In this document: piece after piece, positions 9,830 through 19,752 of the stretch
Layout: every line of letters begins with the position of its first letter
How positions within the stretch are numbered: the first letter of the stretch is position 1
IMG/VR virus record: IMGVR_UViG_3300025113_000003
Span: 1 to 64,000 of that record
Source: a virus
Strand: one strand, 5' to 3'
Length of the DNA stretch: 64,000 nt
Translations under genes and position numbers: made by a program
The notes under the pieces: model-generated
The model's input: the letters and a program-made list of their open reading frames with translations, nothing else
Told to the model about the DNA's origin: nothing
The model's database searches: none

Positions 9830-10053
9830 TCGGTTGTCCAGAAGGTCATGACGGACTGGCGCAGGATGGTTTCCTGCAGGGCGACGTAGCGACCCTCGAT
9901 GTCCACGAGAACGAGGCGATCGACGCTCTCGACGTTGCTGACCAAGGCCGCAACGGCGTCCTTTGCTTCCTCGGCTGTCAGCTCTCCAGTGGACTGCATG
10001 GTGCCGGCGAAGCTGCCGAGGGCGTTAACAACGATGACGTGAATTTGTGCCAT
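9826..10053 (-). CDS. Hypothetical protein
   Basis: Start MAQIHV with AAAGGA RBS. Confidence 0.6.
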   Translation of the reverse strand: MAQIHVIVVNALGSFAGTMQSTGELTAEEAKDAVAALVSNVESVDRLVLVDIEGRYVALQETILRQSVMTFWTTE

Positions 10054-10147
10054 GGGTGGTCCTTTAGTAGGTAGTTGATTGTAGTCTACCGCACCGCCGG
10101 TGTAAACTACCACTCTCAGGTCGAGGAGCTAATCCTGTGAATGAGCC

Positions 10148-10165
10148 AAGGGCCCGAAGGCCCTT
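10148..10165 (-). terminator. Hairpin with C(UUCG)G tetraloop
   Basis: Minus strand AAGGGCC-TTCG-GGCCCTT downstream of 10193 stop. Confidence 0.65.
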
Positions 10166-10192
10166 GTTCTTGCTTTTGTCTGGGGTGGATGC

Positions 10193-10465
10193 TCAGGCGG
10201 CGGAGACTTCGGCCGTCGGTGCAACGGCGGCGCCGGCTTCCAGCTTCGCGGCGACCTTGGCGCGCAGGGTGGCCAGCTTCAGCTTCTTCAGGTCGCTCTT
10301 GGCGCCGGCCTTCAGCTTGATGGCCTGCTCGAGCAACTTGGCCTGGTCAGTGGCGGTGCCGGCAAGGACTGCGGCGTTCCAGGTGGGGCCGAACGAGAAG
10401 CGCTTGCGTGCGGCACGCTGGGCGACTGACTTCGGGGTGGCTTGAACTTGAGTGGCTTCCGACAT
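10193..10465 (-). CDS. Small Lys/Ala-rich basic protein in its own early transcription unit
   Basis: GGAG RBS, start MSEATQ; promoter upstream, hairpin downstream. Confidence 0.75.
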   Translation of the reverse strand: MSEATQVQATPKSVAQRAARKRFSFGPTWNAAVLAGTATDQAKLLEQAIKLKAGAKSDLKKLKLATLRAKVAAKLEAGAAVAPTAEVSAA

Positions 10466-10525
10466 GATGTGCTCCAAAGGGTTGGGTTTCGGGAGAATTC
10501 GGCTGTTTGTTTAACCGATGATGCT

Positions 10526-10568
10526 ATTTTACATCAACCACCCACCATGTACACAACTAAACTGTAAC
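10526..10568 (-). promoter_or_regulatory. Early promoter GTTACA-N8-GTGTAC-N17-TAAAAT
   Basis: Read directly from sequence. Confidence 0.7.
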
Positions 10569-10588
10569 CACTCAACAGCTTGTAACCT

Positions 10589-11074
10589 CTAAGGCCACTG
10601 GTAGAAGCCGTGACCAGCGACCTCGTCGTAGAGCCGCCGCATGTCCACCAGAACCCGCTCCCGGTCACGCTCTGTCCAACCACCCGACATCGGAGAGCTG
10701 TCATCGGCGTCGATGCCGAAGTTGTGGTGCAGCCGCATCGCCATGGACCACAGCAGGCCAGGTGGCGGCTCCTTGGGAAGCTGGTTCAGCCGAAGCGCCA
10801 GCGCCTGAGAGTATGCTCGTCGCTGCTCGTCGCTGTAGAAGTCACCGCTCACCCTAAGCTGGACGTCGTGGTCGAAGTCGTCGGACGAAAGAACCCGCCC
10901 GTCAGGCGCCACTTCCCAGGGACCGGTATCCACCGTCTTCCCGATGCCGATGAGGGCCTCGGCGGCACACCGAATACGGGCCATCAGGTGGTGCTTTAGC
11001 CCGTGGTTAGCAGCACCGTCAGCAAGGGCCTCGATGTCCCGCAGCAGGTCCTCGATCAGGACTTCCTTGCTCAT
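10589..11074 (-). CDS. Hypothetical protein
   Basis: 161-aa ORF, ATGA-coupled. Confidence 0.65.
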   Translation of the reverse strand: MSKEVLIEDLLRDIEALADGAANHGLKHHLMARIRCAAEALIGIGKTVDTGPWEVAPDGRVLSSDDFDHDVQLRVSGDFYSDEQRRAYSQALALRLNQLPKEPPPGLLWSMAMRLHHNFGIDADDSSPMSGGWTERDRERVLVDMRRLYDEVAGHGFYQWP

Positions 11075-11547
11075 GCACCTAACCTCTGTTCAATCCAGCG
11101 GGTAATGGCCTCCCGTAGAAATGGCTTGATGTCCGCCTTGGTGAAGGTGATGCGCTCATCGAAGGACAGCTCACCGTCAGCGGTGACCTCAGCTGAGCCG
11201 CTGGCGGCGAAGCACTCCATCAGGTCGGTCGTGGCGTGGTCGAGGGCGTCGTCGTAGGAGACATCGCCGAGCAGGTTCTCGACGATGCTCTCGAGCTCGT
11301 CGACCTTTATCTCCAGCTGCGCTGCATCTAGCCGGGTGACTGCCAGGTCGATGGCGGCCCGCTGCAGCGTGGTGATCAAGCTGATCAGCAGAGCCTCGGT
11401 CTGTTCAACCAGACCAGGCAGATCGGGCGCCACCTGTATGATGCCGCTTTGGTCGTACGCGATGGCGCCGGTGCTGTTGTTCACCAGAACCTCCTGGAAG
11501 CGTTCCTCGACGGGTGAAGCAGTAGTACGGCTAACGATCTTGGCCAT
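11071..11547 (-). CDS. Hypothetical acidic protein
   Basis: GAGGAGG RBS. Confidence 0.7.
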   Translation of the reverse strand: MAKIVSRTTASPVEERFQEVLVNNSTGAIAYDQSGIIQVAPDLPGLVEQTEALLISLITTLQRAAIDLAVTRLDAAQLEIKVDELESIVENLLGDVSYDDALDHATTDLMECFAASGSAEVTADGELSFDERITFTKADIKPFLREAITRWIEQRLGA

Positions 11548-11548
11548 G

Positions 11549-11836
11549 TCAGTCCTCCTCTTTGATGAAGCCCAGCTTGAGCTTGGTTCCAGGAGCGCAG
11601 TACGAGGTGAGCTCGTCTTTTTCGCTCTGCGTTAGATCTACGGGGTCAACAGGTTGAAAGGTGACAGCAAACTCCTCGTCCTCCAGCATTCCACGAAAAC
11701 CAAGAACCTGGTTGAAGGCCTGCCCACGATACGTGACAACATCGCCGTTCTTCTTGATCACCACGAGGTAGGCGTTCTTTTCGGTGTCGTAGTAGACCTG
11801 ACCTTCGAGAATCAAGGGCGCGCGATGGTTCTGCAT
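11549..11836 (-). CDS. Hypothetical protein
   Basis: GGAGA RBS. Confidence 0.65.
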   Translation of the reverse strand: MQNHRAPLILEGQVYYDTEKNAYLVVIKKNGDVVTYRGQAFNQVLGFRGMLEDEEFAVTFQPVDPVDLTQSEKDELTSYCAPGTKLKLGFIKEED

Positions 11837-11909
11837 GTAGCTCTCCAGTTGTTGACGGTATGCTGCTACTGTAACACGCCGTCAACCACTTGTATACTGC
11901 GGACCTTCC

Positions 11910-14900
11910 TTACGTTACGGTCAATGTCATGTTGTAGGTTGATGTCAGCGGCGCGACGCAGCTGTTGGCGCTCCAGACAACTGACAGCGTGAAGTTGTAG
12001 GTTCCGGCGACTGTCACCGTACCACCGCCGATACGCACGCGTCCTGACCCTACTGCGTTGGTGTTGGCGGCGCCTGCGTTCCAGTCAGTCACTGAAACAA
12101 GGCTGAAGCCAGGTGGCACCGTACCTGCTGTTATGGCAATGGAGGTCGCGCGTGGGTTGCTTAGGTTGCCAGTTATCACTGATCTCAGCGTGACGACCGA
12201 GTTTCTAGCAATCGTAGCGGTTGCCGATCCTGATGACGCCCACACGAACTGCGATGGCTTGGTACGAGCAAGAACGTTTATCGTGAGCGTCCTGTTTACC
12301 GTACCTGCGGCATTGGCTGTTGTGATTACCATCGCCTGTCCGTTGTTGGACAGATAGGTAAGATTAGCTGGGATCGGAGATAGATTAAACCGGCTTGTGG
12401 CAACGGTATTCCATACCATGCTTGGTACCGGAACGCTGTTTACCGTCACCGTCAGCGATGATGGAGTTGGATACGCATAGGTTTCAACGACTGGAATCGA
12501 AGAGCTCACGTCTATTTCAGCTACAACGTTGTAGGAGATGGTGCTATAGGGTTCACCACCAAGAACGGTGATAGGAGTCAAGAAGACGGCCTGAACCACC
12601 GTGAGACGAGCGCTGTTGGAGTTCAAGAAACCAGTCGGGTTGGTCACCACCGCGCGGTAGTAGAAGCCGTTGTCAGCCAGCGTCGTGGCAAAGGTGTAGG
12701 TGGCTCCTGTGGCGCCGCCGATGTTGGTAAAGGTCGTGCCATCGCTTGACCGCTGCCACTGATAGGTGATAGGTGCTGTACCCATAACTGTGACCGTAAA
12801 GGTGACCGAGGCTCCTTCAGATACCGACTGAGTAGCTGGGTGCGTTGTGATAGATAGCGGCGCGGCGGCATTGCTTGGGTAGGACCTACCTGTGCCCCAG
12901 ATAATGCGCACACCACCGGTTGCACCGGTGGTAGTTCCACCGCCAGCACCACCACCTTGAGCCCCGCCGACGGCCGCGTTTATGGTCCCATACACGCCAT
13001 TGGTACCGCCAGAGCCACCTTGCCCGCTGGCGGTGCCATTGGGACCAATACCATAGAGTCCAACGCCGCCACCGCCCTGCGAATTGGCTAGCGAGCTACC
13101 GCCGCCGCCAGCAGCGCCGCCGCTGTTAGCCTCGGGGTGATAACCGATTGAGCCTGGACCAGCTGCTCCTGCACCACCATAGCCAGCGTAACCTGCCGTG
13201 CCACCACCGCAGCCGTACGAGATCTGTTCAGTCCAGAAGCCGGTTCCACCATTACCACCGATCCCACCACCGTCGTAGGTACCGCTTGGCGCGCCACCAA
13301 CACCACGTGTGTTGTCAACGGCGTTGGAGCCCCCTAGAGCGATAAGCGTCGTGTTGAAGGACGAGGTACCGGCGGTACCGCCAACGACAATTGGATATAC
13401 ATTGCCCGGAATGACAGGGATGTTGTTGCGCCACGCGAGGCCGCCACCGCCACCGCCTGCCTTAACCAAGGAAGTTCCTGTCCAGGCACCACCGCCACCG
13501 ATAACCACCGCGCTGACAGAGGTAACGCCAGCGGGAGCGGTCCATGAGAAGGAACCTGCGGTGGTGAAGAGCGCCTCACCATCAGGAATGACTGCGGCCG
13601 CAACGGTAACCGTGCGCGTCGTGGTGGCCGCACCGTGTATATTGGAGGCCTCCATGGTGATCACCTTGGTGCCAGTTGTACCGTACGTGACGGTAGTGGT
13701 GGCGCCAGTGGCGTCGTAGTTGCCATCACCATCGGTATCCCAGTTGATGAGGGTAGGTGAGTTGCTTGATGTATCAGTGAGCGTGATGATGGCCCCGACC
13801 GTGGCTGGGTTAGGCGAAACGGTGAAGCTCGGAACTGGAATAGGCGGTGGTGCAACTTCATCACCGGTGATGGAGAGATAGCCAACGCGCGTAAGAACGT
13901 CTTGTCCTCCGTCAGTCGTTGCTCTAACGCGTATCGTCTTCAGGCCTGGGCTGTAGTACTTGTTGGTGGGCGCAGGGCCAACAGTCGTATAGACGCCATC
14001 GCCGTCAAAGTCCCATTCAATGAGCGTGGGTGCCGCTGGGGTGCCGCTCCATTGGAAGCTAAACTCGGTGGCTGGATCGGTGACACCGACCCGAGGTGCC
14101 ACCGTAAAGTCAACGACTGGAGCAGGTGTCACCGGAACGTCGATAAACAGGGGAGATGTGCCAACGCCATCGGTGCTGTTGACCCAGGCAAAGGGAGCCG
14201 GGAAAAGGTCGACGTTGTCAGCCACCCCGTCGTTGAAGACGGTGCGGTCACGAATAAGGTTGTAGGTCACAGTGGTGGTGCCTGTAAGAACGCCTGCGGC
14301 TGTTTCTGACAGCGCGAGGTTGAGGTTCATCAGCCCAGAGGTGTTGCTGGCGGTGACCACTACTGTGCCGGTAACGGTCGAGTAGGTGGCGAGAGTCACC
14401 GTGCCGCTTGTATCTAGCAGGTACTTGAAGCCATTTGAAGATGGCGCGACCGCGAGCGTGATTGGCGTGGTGTTACCGAACGCAAAGATGCCATCACCGT
14501 TGATGCGTACCCGCTTGTAGGTGTTCACGAACGCCAGCCACGCCGTGTCGGAGGCGGTAGGTGCTCCTGGGATGGTGTAGTCCAGCACTATCTCGACGAT
14601 GCTGCCGCTGAACCAGAAGCGGTTGCGCTCGAGGTTGTCAGTCCAGCGGAGGGTAGCTGTGACGTCTACAGGTGTGCTGCCACCGGGCCAAACTGGACCC
14701 GATGGCGGACCCGCCCGGCGAATGCAGTGCTGCTGCCCCACAACATCAGAGCTGAAGGACGGGTTTGCCCCGCTCCCACCCATGGTCCCGCGCAGGGTAT
14801 AGCGCATAGAGCCCGCTGTCGACAGCACGTTCATCGTCTCAGCGAAGAGACGCGTGGTGGTAACTGACCCGTAGCGACGCACAGCTCGGCGATCGGCAGT

Positions 14901-15770
14901 TGGGTAGCGTGGGTCAGCGGTTGGATAGGAGGTCAGCAGCGGCGTTGGGGCCTGACGACCGTCCTGTACAAACGGAATGTCGCTGATGTCCTGCCAGGTA
15001 TCAGCAGGCAGGTCCAGTCGGTGAACACCCCAGCGAGCGGCAGAAAGGAAGTAGTCCCAGTCGTGTGAAAAAGGCTGCACCTCCACCTGAGCAAGCGCAT
15101 CAGCGCCTACCACAACATTCGGGTCAGATCCAAGGTCAACGATCTTGGTGCTCAGGTCGGCATCAAGCGTCGCGAAGTCAGTGATGTCGGGAAACAGCCG
15201 GCCAAAGGTGTCATTGCCATAGCTCGGGTCCGTTGTGGGACCAAGCAGCAAATCAGCAAGCAGCTTGGCCTCATCGTACTCTGCGCGAAGCGCGGAGTTG
15301 TCGACCTCTGGCCACACCTGGTTCCACCCACCATTGACACCAGGGGCCGCTGGAAAGCGACCGATGCCGTCAAAGACGTACATGATTCCGCTGCTGGTAC
15401 CTGTTCGCTGGAACCAAACTGACCCGAGCGCAGCGATCGCGGGTGGCGGCTCACCAGGTTCAGTGGTAGGAATACCAGACACGGGCTCCCAGATGATGTT
15501 CCCAATGATGTCAGAGATGCAGACCTTCAGCGTCTGCGCGAGGGAGTCGTACCAGATCTGGCCCAGAGTAGGGTACTCAGGTGAGGTCTCGCCTGAGAAG
15601 TTTTCAAGTAGCCACAGCAGGTTCTCCTGCTGAATCTCACCGTAGTTGGCAGCGCCCTTGCCAGTAAATTTCAGTGAGGCCTGCCCAGCAACGGTGGACC
15701 CGACTGGGACCGTGATGTCGACCTTTGGGTTGCTGGTACCAGGACGGTACCACTTGAGAACGTATGCCAC
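11910..15770 (-). CDS. Virion structural protein with PKD/Ig-like domains and Gly-rich domain
   Basis: N-terminal GKGAANYGEIQQENLLWLLENFS; two WDFDGDG/WDTDGDG PKD-like repeats; Gly-rich segment; Ig-like ITYQWQ...DNGFYYRAVVTN; TAAATA at 15844-15849. Confidence 0.8.
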   Translation of the reverse strand: MAYVLKWYRPGTSNPKVDITVPVGSTVAGQASLKFTGKGAANYGEIQQENLLWLLENFSGETSPEYPTLGQIWYDSLAQTLKVCISDIIGNIIWEPVSGIPTTEPGEPPPAIAALGSVWFQRTGTSSGIMYVFDGIGRFPAAPGVNGGWNQVWPEVDNSALRAEYDEAKLLADLLLGPTTDPSYGNDTFGRLFPDITDFATLDADLSTKIVDLGSDPNVVVGADALAQVEVQPFSHDWDYFLSAARWGVHRLDLPADTWQDISDIPFVQDGRQAPTPLLTSYPTADPRYPTADRRAVRRYGSVTTTRLFAETMNVLSTAGSMRYTLRGTMGGSGANPSFSSDVVGQQHCIRRAGPPSGPVWPGGSTPVDVTATLRWTDNLERNRFWFSGSIVEIVLDYTIPGAPTASDTAWLAFVNTYKRVRINGDGIFAFGNTTPITLAVAPSSNGFKYLLDTSGTVTLATYSTVTGTVVVTASNTSGLMNLNLALSETAAGVLTGTTTVTYNLIRDRTVFNDGVADNVDLFPAPFAWVNSTDGVGTSPLFIDVPVTPAPVVDFTVAPRVGVTDPATEFSFQWSGTPAAPTLIEWDFDGDGVYTTVGPAPTNKYYSPGLKTIRVRATTDGGQDVLTRVGYLSITGDEVAPPPIPVPSFTVSPNPATVGAIITLTDTSSNSPTLINWDTDGDGNYDATGATTTVTYGTTGTKVITMEASNIHGAATTTRTVTVAAAVIPDGEALFTTAGSFSWTAPAGVTSVSAVVIGGGGAWTGTSLVKAGGGGGGLAWRNNIPVIPGNVYPIVVGGTAGTSSFNTTLIALGGSNAVDNTRGVGGAPSGTYDGGGIGGNGGTGFWTEQISYGCGGGTAGYAGYGGAGAAGPGSIGYHPEANSGGAAGGGGSSLANSQGGGGVGLYGIGPNGTASGQGGSGGTNGVYGTINAAVGGAQGGGAGGGTTTGATGGVRIIWGTGRSYPSNAAAPLSITTHPATQSVSEGASVTFTVTVMGTAPITYQWQRSSDGTTFTNIGGATGATYTFATTLADNGFYYRAVVTNPTGFLNSNSARLTVVQAVFLTPITVLGGEPYSTISYNVVAEIDVSSSIPVVETYAYPTPSSLTVTVNSVPVPSMVWNTVATSRFNLSPIPANLTYLSNNGQAMVITTANAAGTVNRTLTINVLARTKPSQFVWASSGSATATIARNSVVTLRSVITGNLSNPRATSIAITAGTVPPGFSLVSVTDWNAGAANTNAVGSGRVRIGGGTVTVAGTYNFTLSVVWSANSCVAPLTSTYNMTLTVT

Positions 15771-15861
15771 TTAGATATCCCTTTCACCGGCTTGAAAGAA
15801 GAGCTACCACGGCCGGTTTCTTGATGCAGTAGTCCTGTAGCCCTATTTACGGACAAAATGG

Positions 15862-15886
15862 AAAAGGGACCTCAGCGAGGTCCCTT
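15862..15886 (-). terminator. Rho-independent terminator after phoH
   Basis: AAGGGACCTC-GCT-GAGGTCCCTT followed by further Ts on minus strand. Confidence 0.75.
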
Positions 15887-15908
15887 GAGGTCTGGCGTTG
15901 CCCTCCTC

Positions 15909-16679
15909 TTAGGCTGACAGCAGGGATGAGGCCGCGTGGTACCCGTTCGAGCGGCGGGCTACACGAGCATCAGGAACTTCTAGGTGCAGCAGCAGCTCTC
16001 TAACGATAGCTGAGCGCACGCAGTCGGTTGCTGAGAAGCGAATGACGTTGATGTTGGAGCTGACGCCGCTGAGGCGCCGCACGATCCACTCCAGCCCGTT
16101 CTCAGGAAGGCCACGGAGGTCGGACTGGCTCTCGTCGCCGTTGATAGCAAACTGGCTGCCCTCGCCGATGCGCGTGATGAACAGCTTCATCTGCTCGATG
16201 GTGGTGTTCTGCGCCTCGTCAAGAACCACATACGCGTTGTTGAACGTTCGACCTCGCATGTAGGCGAGAGGAGCAAACTCGATCTTGTCTGACTCGAGCA
16301 GCTTCTTGGCCATCGTCGGACCGACCAGGTCATTGATGGCGTCCAACAGGGGAAGCAGGTACGGGTGAATCTTCTCTTCGAAGGTACCAGGTAGGAAGCC
16401 GAGGTTCTCACCAGCCTCACAGACCGGGCGGGTGATGATGACTCTTGAGACCTCACCGTTAAGCAGCTTGGAGATGGCGACCGCCATCGCGAGGAAGGAC
16501 TTACCTGAGCCGGCAGGGCCGGTGCCGATGGTAAGGATGGTGTCCTCAAGCGACTCCTTGTACAGGCGCTGCGCCTCGCTCTTTGGACGGGGGTCAAATT
16601 TCAAGCGAATGATGCGGGCTCCTTCATCGTTGATTGGTTGTGGGTACTTCTGTTTTGCGAGTGCGAGTCGACGTCCCAT
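15909..16679 (-). CDS. phoH: PhoH-family ATPase
   Basis: GPAGSGKS, ITRP, LGFLPG, EFAPLAYMRGRTF, LDEAQN, GDESQSD, VRSAIV; start MGRRL with AGGAGG RBS. Confidence 0.95.
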   Translation of the reverse strand: MGRRLALAKQKYPQPINDEGARIIRLKFDPRPKSEAQRLYKESLEDTILTIGTGPAGSGKSFLAMAVAISKLLNGEVSRVIITRPVCEAGENLGFLPGTFEEKIHPYLLPLLDAINDLVGPTMAKKLLESDKIEFAPLAYMRGRTFNNAYVVLDEAQNTTIEQMKLFITRIGEGSQFAINGDESQSDLRGLPENGLEWIVRRLSGVSSNINVIRFSATDCVRSAIVRELLLHLEVPDARVARRSNGYHAASSLLSA

Positions 16680-16860
16680 GGGTTTCCTCCTACCGGAAAG
16701 GACGTGGCGGGGTCCGTGGGCAGAGCGCTCACGGGGCGAGGACAACCAGCGGGGCAGAGGAAGGGGTAACGAGCGGGCACAGGCCCGTCATCGAGCGTTG
16801 TGTAGGATAGGCCCTTGGTTGGACTCATTCTAGGGCGTGGTGCCTAGGATGCGTGCTTGG

Positions 16861-17268
16861 TCAGTCCTGATGCTTCAGGACGTAGTGGATCCAGTCGACG
16901 GCGCAGAGGTTCACTCCCCATGGGAGCTTCTCTGAGAACAGCACGCACTCCCTAAGGAACTGCGCGAGCTGGACCGCCTCTTCAGGGGTCAGCGCCTTGA
17001 TGGACTCAACGATCTCGGTGGAGGTGGCTCCAAGCTCACCTGGGTTGCGAAGACCGGGTGAGGCAGGTGGAATGCCGCTACGGTGCTGCGCACCGGCGGC
17101 GAGGCGGAAGTGCTCCGACAGCCAGCCTAGAATGAAGTTCTGGTAGGGATTGGTGACCTTACCGTCTCGAATGATCTCATCGAGGGTGAGGACGACGTTC
17201 TGCTCGCCAGCTTCCTCATTGACGATTGCGCGGTGAAGGTTCATAGATAGAATCTCAGGTTTGAGCAT
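16861..17268 (-). CDS. Hypothetical late protein
   Basis: TAAATA at 17274-17279, 5 nt before ATG. Confidence 0.65.
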   Translation of the reverse strand: MLKPEILSMNLHRAIVNEEAGEQNVVLTLDEIIRDGKVTNPYQNFILGWLSEHFRLAAGAQHRSGIPPASPGLRNPGELGATSTEIVESIKALTPEEAVQLAQFLRECVLFSEKLPWGVNLCAVDWIHYVLKHQD

Positions 17269-17319
17269 GATCCTATTTATGCCTGGATGCAGAATAGATA
17301 AAGCAGGAGGTCAAGCTAC

Positions 17320-17547
17320 ATGAATGACACCAGACCAGACGGCGAGTACTTTATCGACACCGCGGTGAAGCCGATTCCGCATAGAAACACCTGGGGCTCG
17401 CTCTCAGTCAACCAGCTCATCGAGACCAAGAACGACCTACAGCAGCAGCAGTTTAACAACCGCGCTCACCCGGTCATTTCGAAGGCGCTGCAGAGCGCGC
17501 TGGAGGAGCTGCAGCGGCTGATCGACCACCGCGTTTTACAGGGATAG
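17320..17547 (+). CDS. Hypothetical protein
   Basis: AGGAGG RBS; convergent with ClpP-like gene. Confidence 0.6.
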   Translation: MNDTRPDGEYFIDTAVKPIPHRNTWGSLSVNQLIETKNDLQQQQFNNRAHPVISKALQSALEELQRLIDHRVLQG

Positions 17548-18133
17548 GCGCCTCAGCGTACTCTACAACGCGGTCGACCAGCCCGTACTTCTTGAGCTCA
17601 GCTGGAGTGAGGTAGCGGTCCGACGGGCCAAACAGCACGTCGCGTACCTGCTTCTCAGACATACTTGAGTGGCGAATGAAGTGGCGAATGAAGCGCGCCT
17701 CAAGCAGGCGAAAGGACGTCTGCGTCGCGATCAGCTCGTGCTGCTTGCCCTCGAAGTAGCCGGCGAACTGGTGCGCCATGATTTCGGTGTTCTTGGTGAT
17801 CACGCGCCGGCCCTTGGTGCCTCCTGAAAGAAGCAGCACCCCCATCGACATGATGTTGCCGATGCCAACGGTTGAGATCGGGAGGCGCGACGCGTCCATC
17901 ACGTCGATGATGGCGAAGGCCTCGCCGCACTCACCACCGACCGTGTTAAGGATGATGGTCAGCGCCGAGAGGTCCTTCTTCAGGATGTTGGACTTGAGAA
18001 TGAACTCACACGCCGCCTTGGACTTCTCCTCATCCACCTCACCAAAGAACTGATGGACGCCTAGAGATTCTAGGGTAAGGTCATCGTAGGAGGAACCTGC
18101 TTCTGATGTCTGGTCTTCGGGCTTCTTCTGCAT
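17474..18133 (-). CDS. clpP: ClpP-like serine protease (S14)
   Basis: LNTVGG, AFAIIDVM, GNIMSMG (catalytic Ser), IMAHQ (His), DRYLT...YGLVD; TAAATA 18167-18172. Confidence 0.88.
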   Translation of the reverse strand: MQKKPEDQTSEAGSSYDDLTLESLGVHQFFGEVDEEKSKAACEFILKSNILKKDLSALTIILNTVGGECGEAFAIIDVMDASRLPISTVGIGNIMSMGVLLLSGGTKGRRVITKNTEIMAHQFAGYFEGKQHELIATQTSFRLLEARFIRHFIRHSSMSEKQVRDVLFGPSDRYLTPAELKKYGLVDRVVEYAEAPIPVKRGGRSAAAAPPARSAAPSK

Positions 18134-18184
18134 CTACCTGCTCCGGCGGGGCAACCGCTTACCAGGTATTTACTGCCCCGCCAG

Positions 18185-18209
18185 ACCACCTGGCTTTTCA
18201 CCAGGTGGT
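18185..18209. terminator. 9-bp inverted repeat hairpin
   Basis: ACCACCTGG-N7-CCAGGTGGT downstream of RNA ligase region. Confidence 0.45.
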
Positions 18210-18392
18210 ATGCAGGTCACCTCGGCGGGCGTAGGAGGTGTAGCGGGATCTGTTCCTCGTTCCAGTCAGCTGGCTTGAGTTCAGGCAACCCGCGCCACGG
18301 GTTAGGTGGAGCAGGGAAATCTCGGGAAATAGGCTGCAGCCAGTCAGTCGGCTGCAGCTCGGGAGGTCCATTCCAGGTACGGTAGCGATCCA

Positions 18393-19532
18393 TTAGGCGT
18401 TCACCTCCACGACTTCCAAGCCCCAGTCCTGCTCGAGGTGGTGCTTGACATACCATTCCATCCAGTTGACTTCCTGGCCACGGAACAACCGCATGATCTG
18501 GCCAAACAGCGGGTGCTCCTTGTTCAGCAGCGCCATCTCCTTGGCCGTCTTGTTTTGCTTCAGGCCTGCTTCAGCGTGCAGCTCGGCGGCACCACGAGCA
18601 GCGTCGATCTTCACCTTGATCGCGTGCTGCACGTCCTCGATCGGCTTGATGGCGCGGCCCGTCAACGCGAACGCGCCCTTCAGGTCGTCGGCCTTGTCGT
18701 CGCAGACCGTCCGCGCGATGTCACGCCAGCGCGTGAAGGTCACCGCGTGGTGCAGCTCGATATACCAGGCCGTCTTCAGCTTGACCATCTCGCCGCTCTC
18801 GAACTGGATCACCCAGCCCTCGATGCCGTGGGTGGCCTCAGCGGCCGCCTTCAGCTTCTCCCACGAGACCAGGTTGGCTGGCAGGCCGTCACCGAAGAAC
18901 TGCTCCATCAGGTTCTCGACAAGCGGGAAGGGCGGCGTGAAGCTCTGCAGCTCACGCTCCGTGAGGTAGCGACCCGTGATGTTCTCGCGCACGTGCAGGA
19001 GCGTCAGCTCGTCGGTGTCGTACTTCAGCACGATCGGGAACCGCGGCGAGGTCACCTCGAAGGTCGGCGTGAAGCCGTCCAGCAGGAGCTTCTTGACCCA
19101 GCTGTAGCGAACCGAATCCGAGCAGAGCTCGTCGGCCAGCGCGGCCTCCTTCGTGCTGAAGGACTTCTTCGTCTTGAACTTGAAGCTGCCGTACTGGTCG
19201 ATCGCCACAGGCGTGACCATTGAACCGTCGCGCTTCTCCATGATGCGCGTCACGCGCTGCCACTGGAGAGCGTGCGGCTGCGTGTCCTCGCGCTCGCCGA
19301 CGTTGAAGAACTTGTGAAGACACCGAGCGGCAATGGTGCCGTTCGCGTGGAACGTGATGCCGCGGCACTCGCGCTCGACGTGCTCGTGAGGGCCAGCGAA
19401 CGTGTCCTCGTCCTGGATCATGTAGCAGACGACCGTCAGGCCGGTGCTCTCATCCGGCTTGACGCGAATGGTGGAGTTGCCCTGCACGAACGGCAGGACA
19501 TCGTCGAGGGTCTTGATGATGTGGAAGTTCAT
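18393..19532 (-). CDS. RNA ligase 1 (T4 Rnl1-like)
   Basis: ECRGITF, KFFNVGE, motif I EKRDGS, TFEVTSP...IVL.Y, EGWVI, MVKLKT.WY...H. Confidence 0.92.
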   Translation of the reverse strand: MNFHIIKTLDDVLPFVQGNSTIRVKPDESTGLTVVCYMIQDEDTFAGPHEHVERECRGITFHANGTIAARCLHKFFNVGEREDTQPHALQWQRVTRIMEKRDGSMVTPVAIDQYGSFKFKTKKSFSTKEAALADELCSDSVRYSWVKKLLLDGFTPTFEVTSPRFPIVLKYDTDELTLLHVRENITGRYLTERELQSFTPPFPLVENLMEQFFGDGLPANLVSWEKLKAAAEATHGIEGWVIQFESGEMVKLKTAWYIELHHAVTFTRWRDIARTVCDDKADDLKGAFALTGRAIKPIEDVQHAIKVKIDAARGAAELHAEAGLKQNKTAKEMALLNKEHPLFGQIMRLFRGQEVNWMEWYVKHHLEQDWGLEVVEVNA

Positions 19533-19537
19533 GGTGC

Positions 19538-19579
19538 ATTATACACCACAACCGCCAGGTTGGACGACTAAAGTGTAAC
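19538..19579 (-). promoter_or_regulatory. Early promoter TGGTG-TATAAT with GTTACA box; 5 nt before rnl ATG
   Basis: attata 19538-19543; tgtaac 19574-19579. Confidence 0.7.
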
Positions 19580-19752
19580 CGTTACACGAGGTGAAAGATC
19601 GCTGTAACCGCGGCCGTGATGGCCAGGTTGACTGCAAAGGAGATGTAGATCAGGGAGCGCAGCTTTCTGTGCTCTTCAACCTGTTGAGCACCAAGATCGA
19701 TAAGGTGCTGCTTTGTAACGGCGTCGCTGCTGTAGACCTTCATATGCGTATC

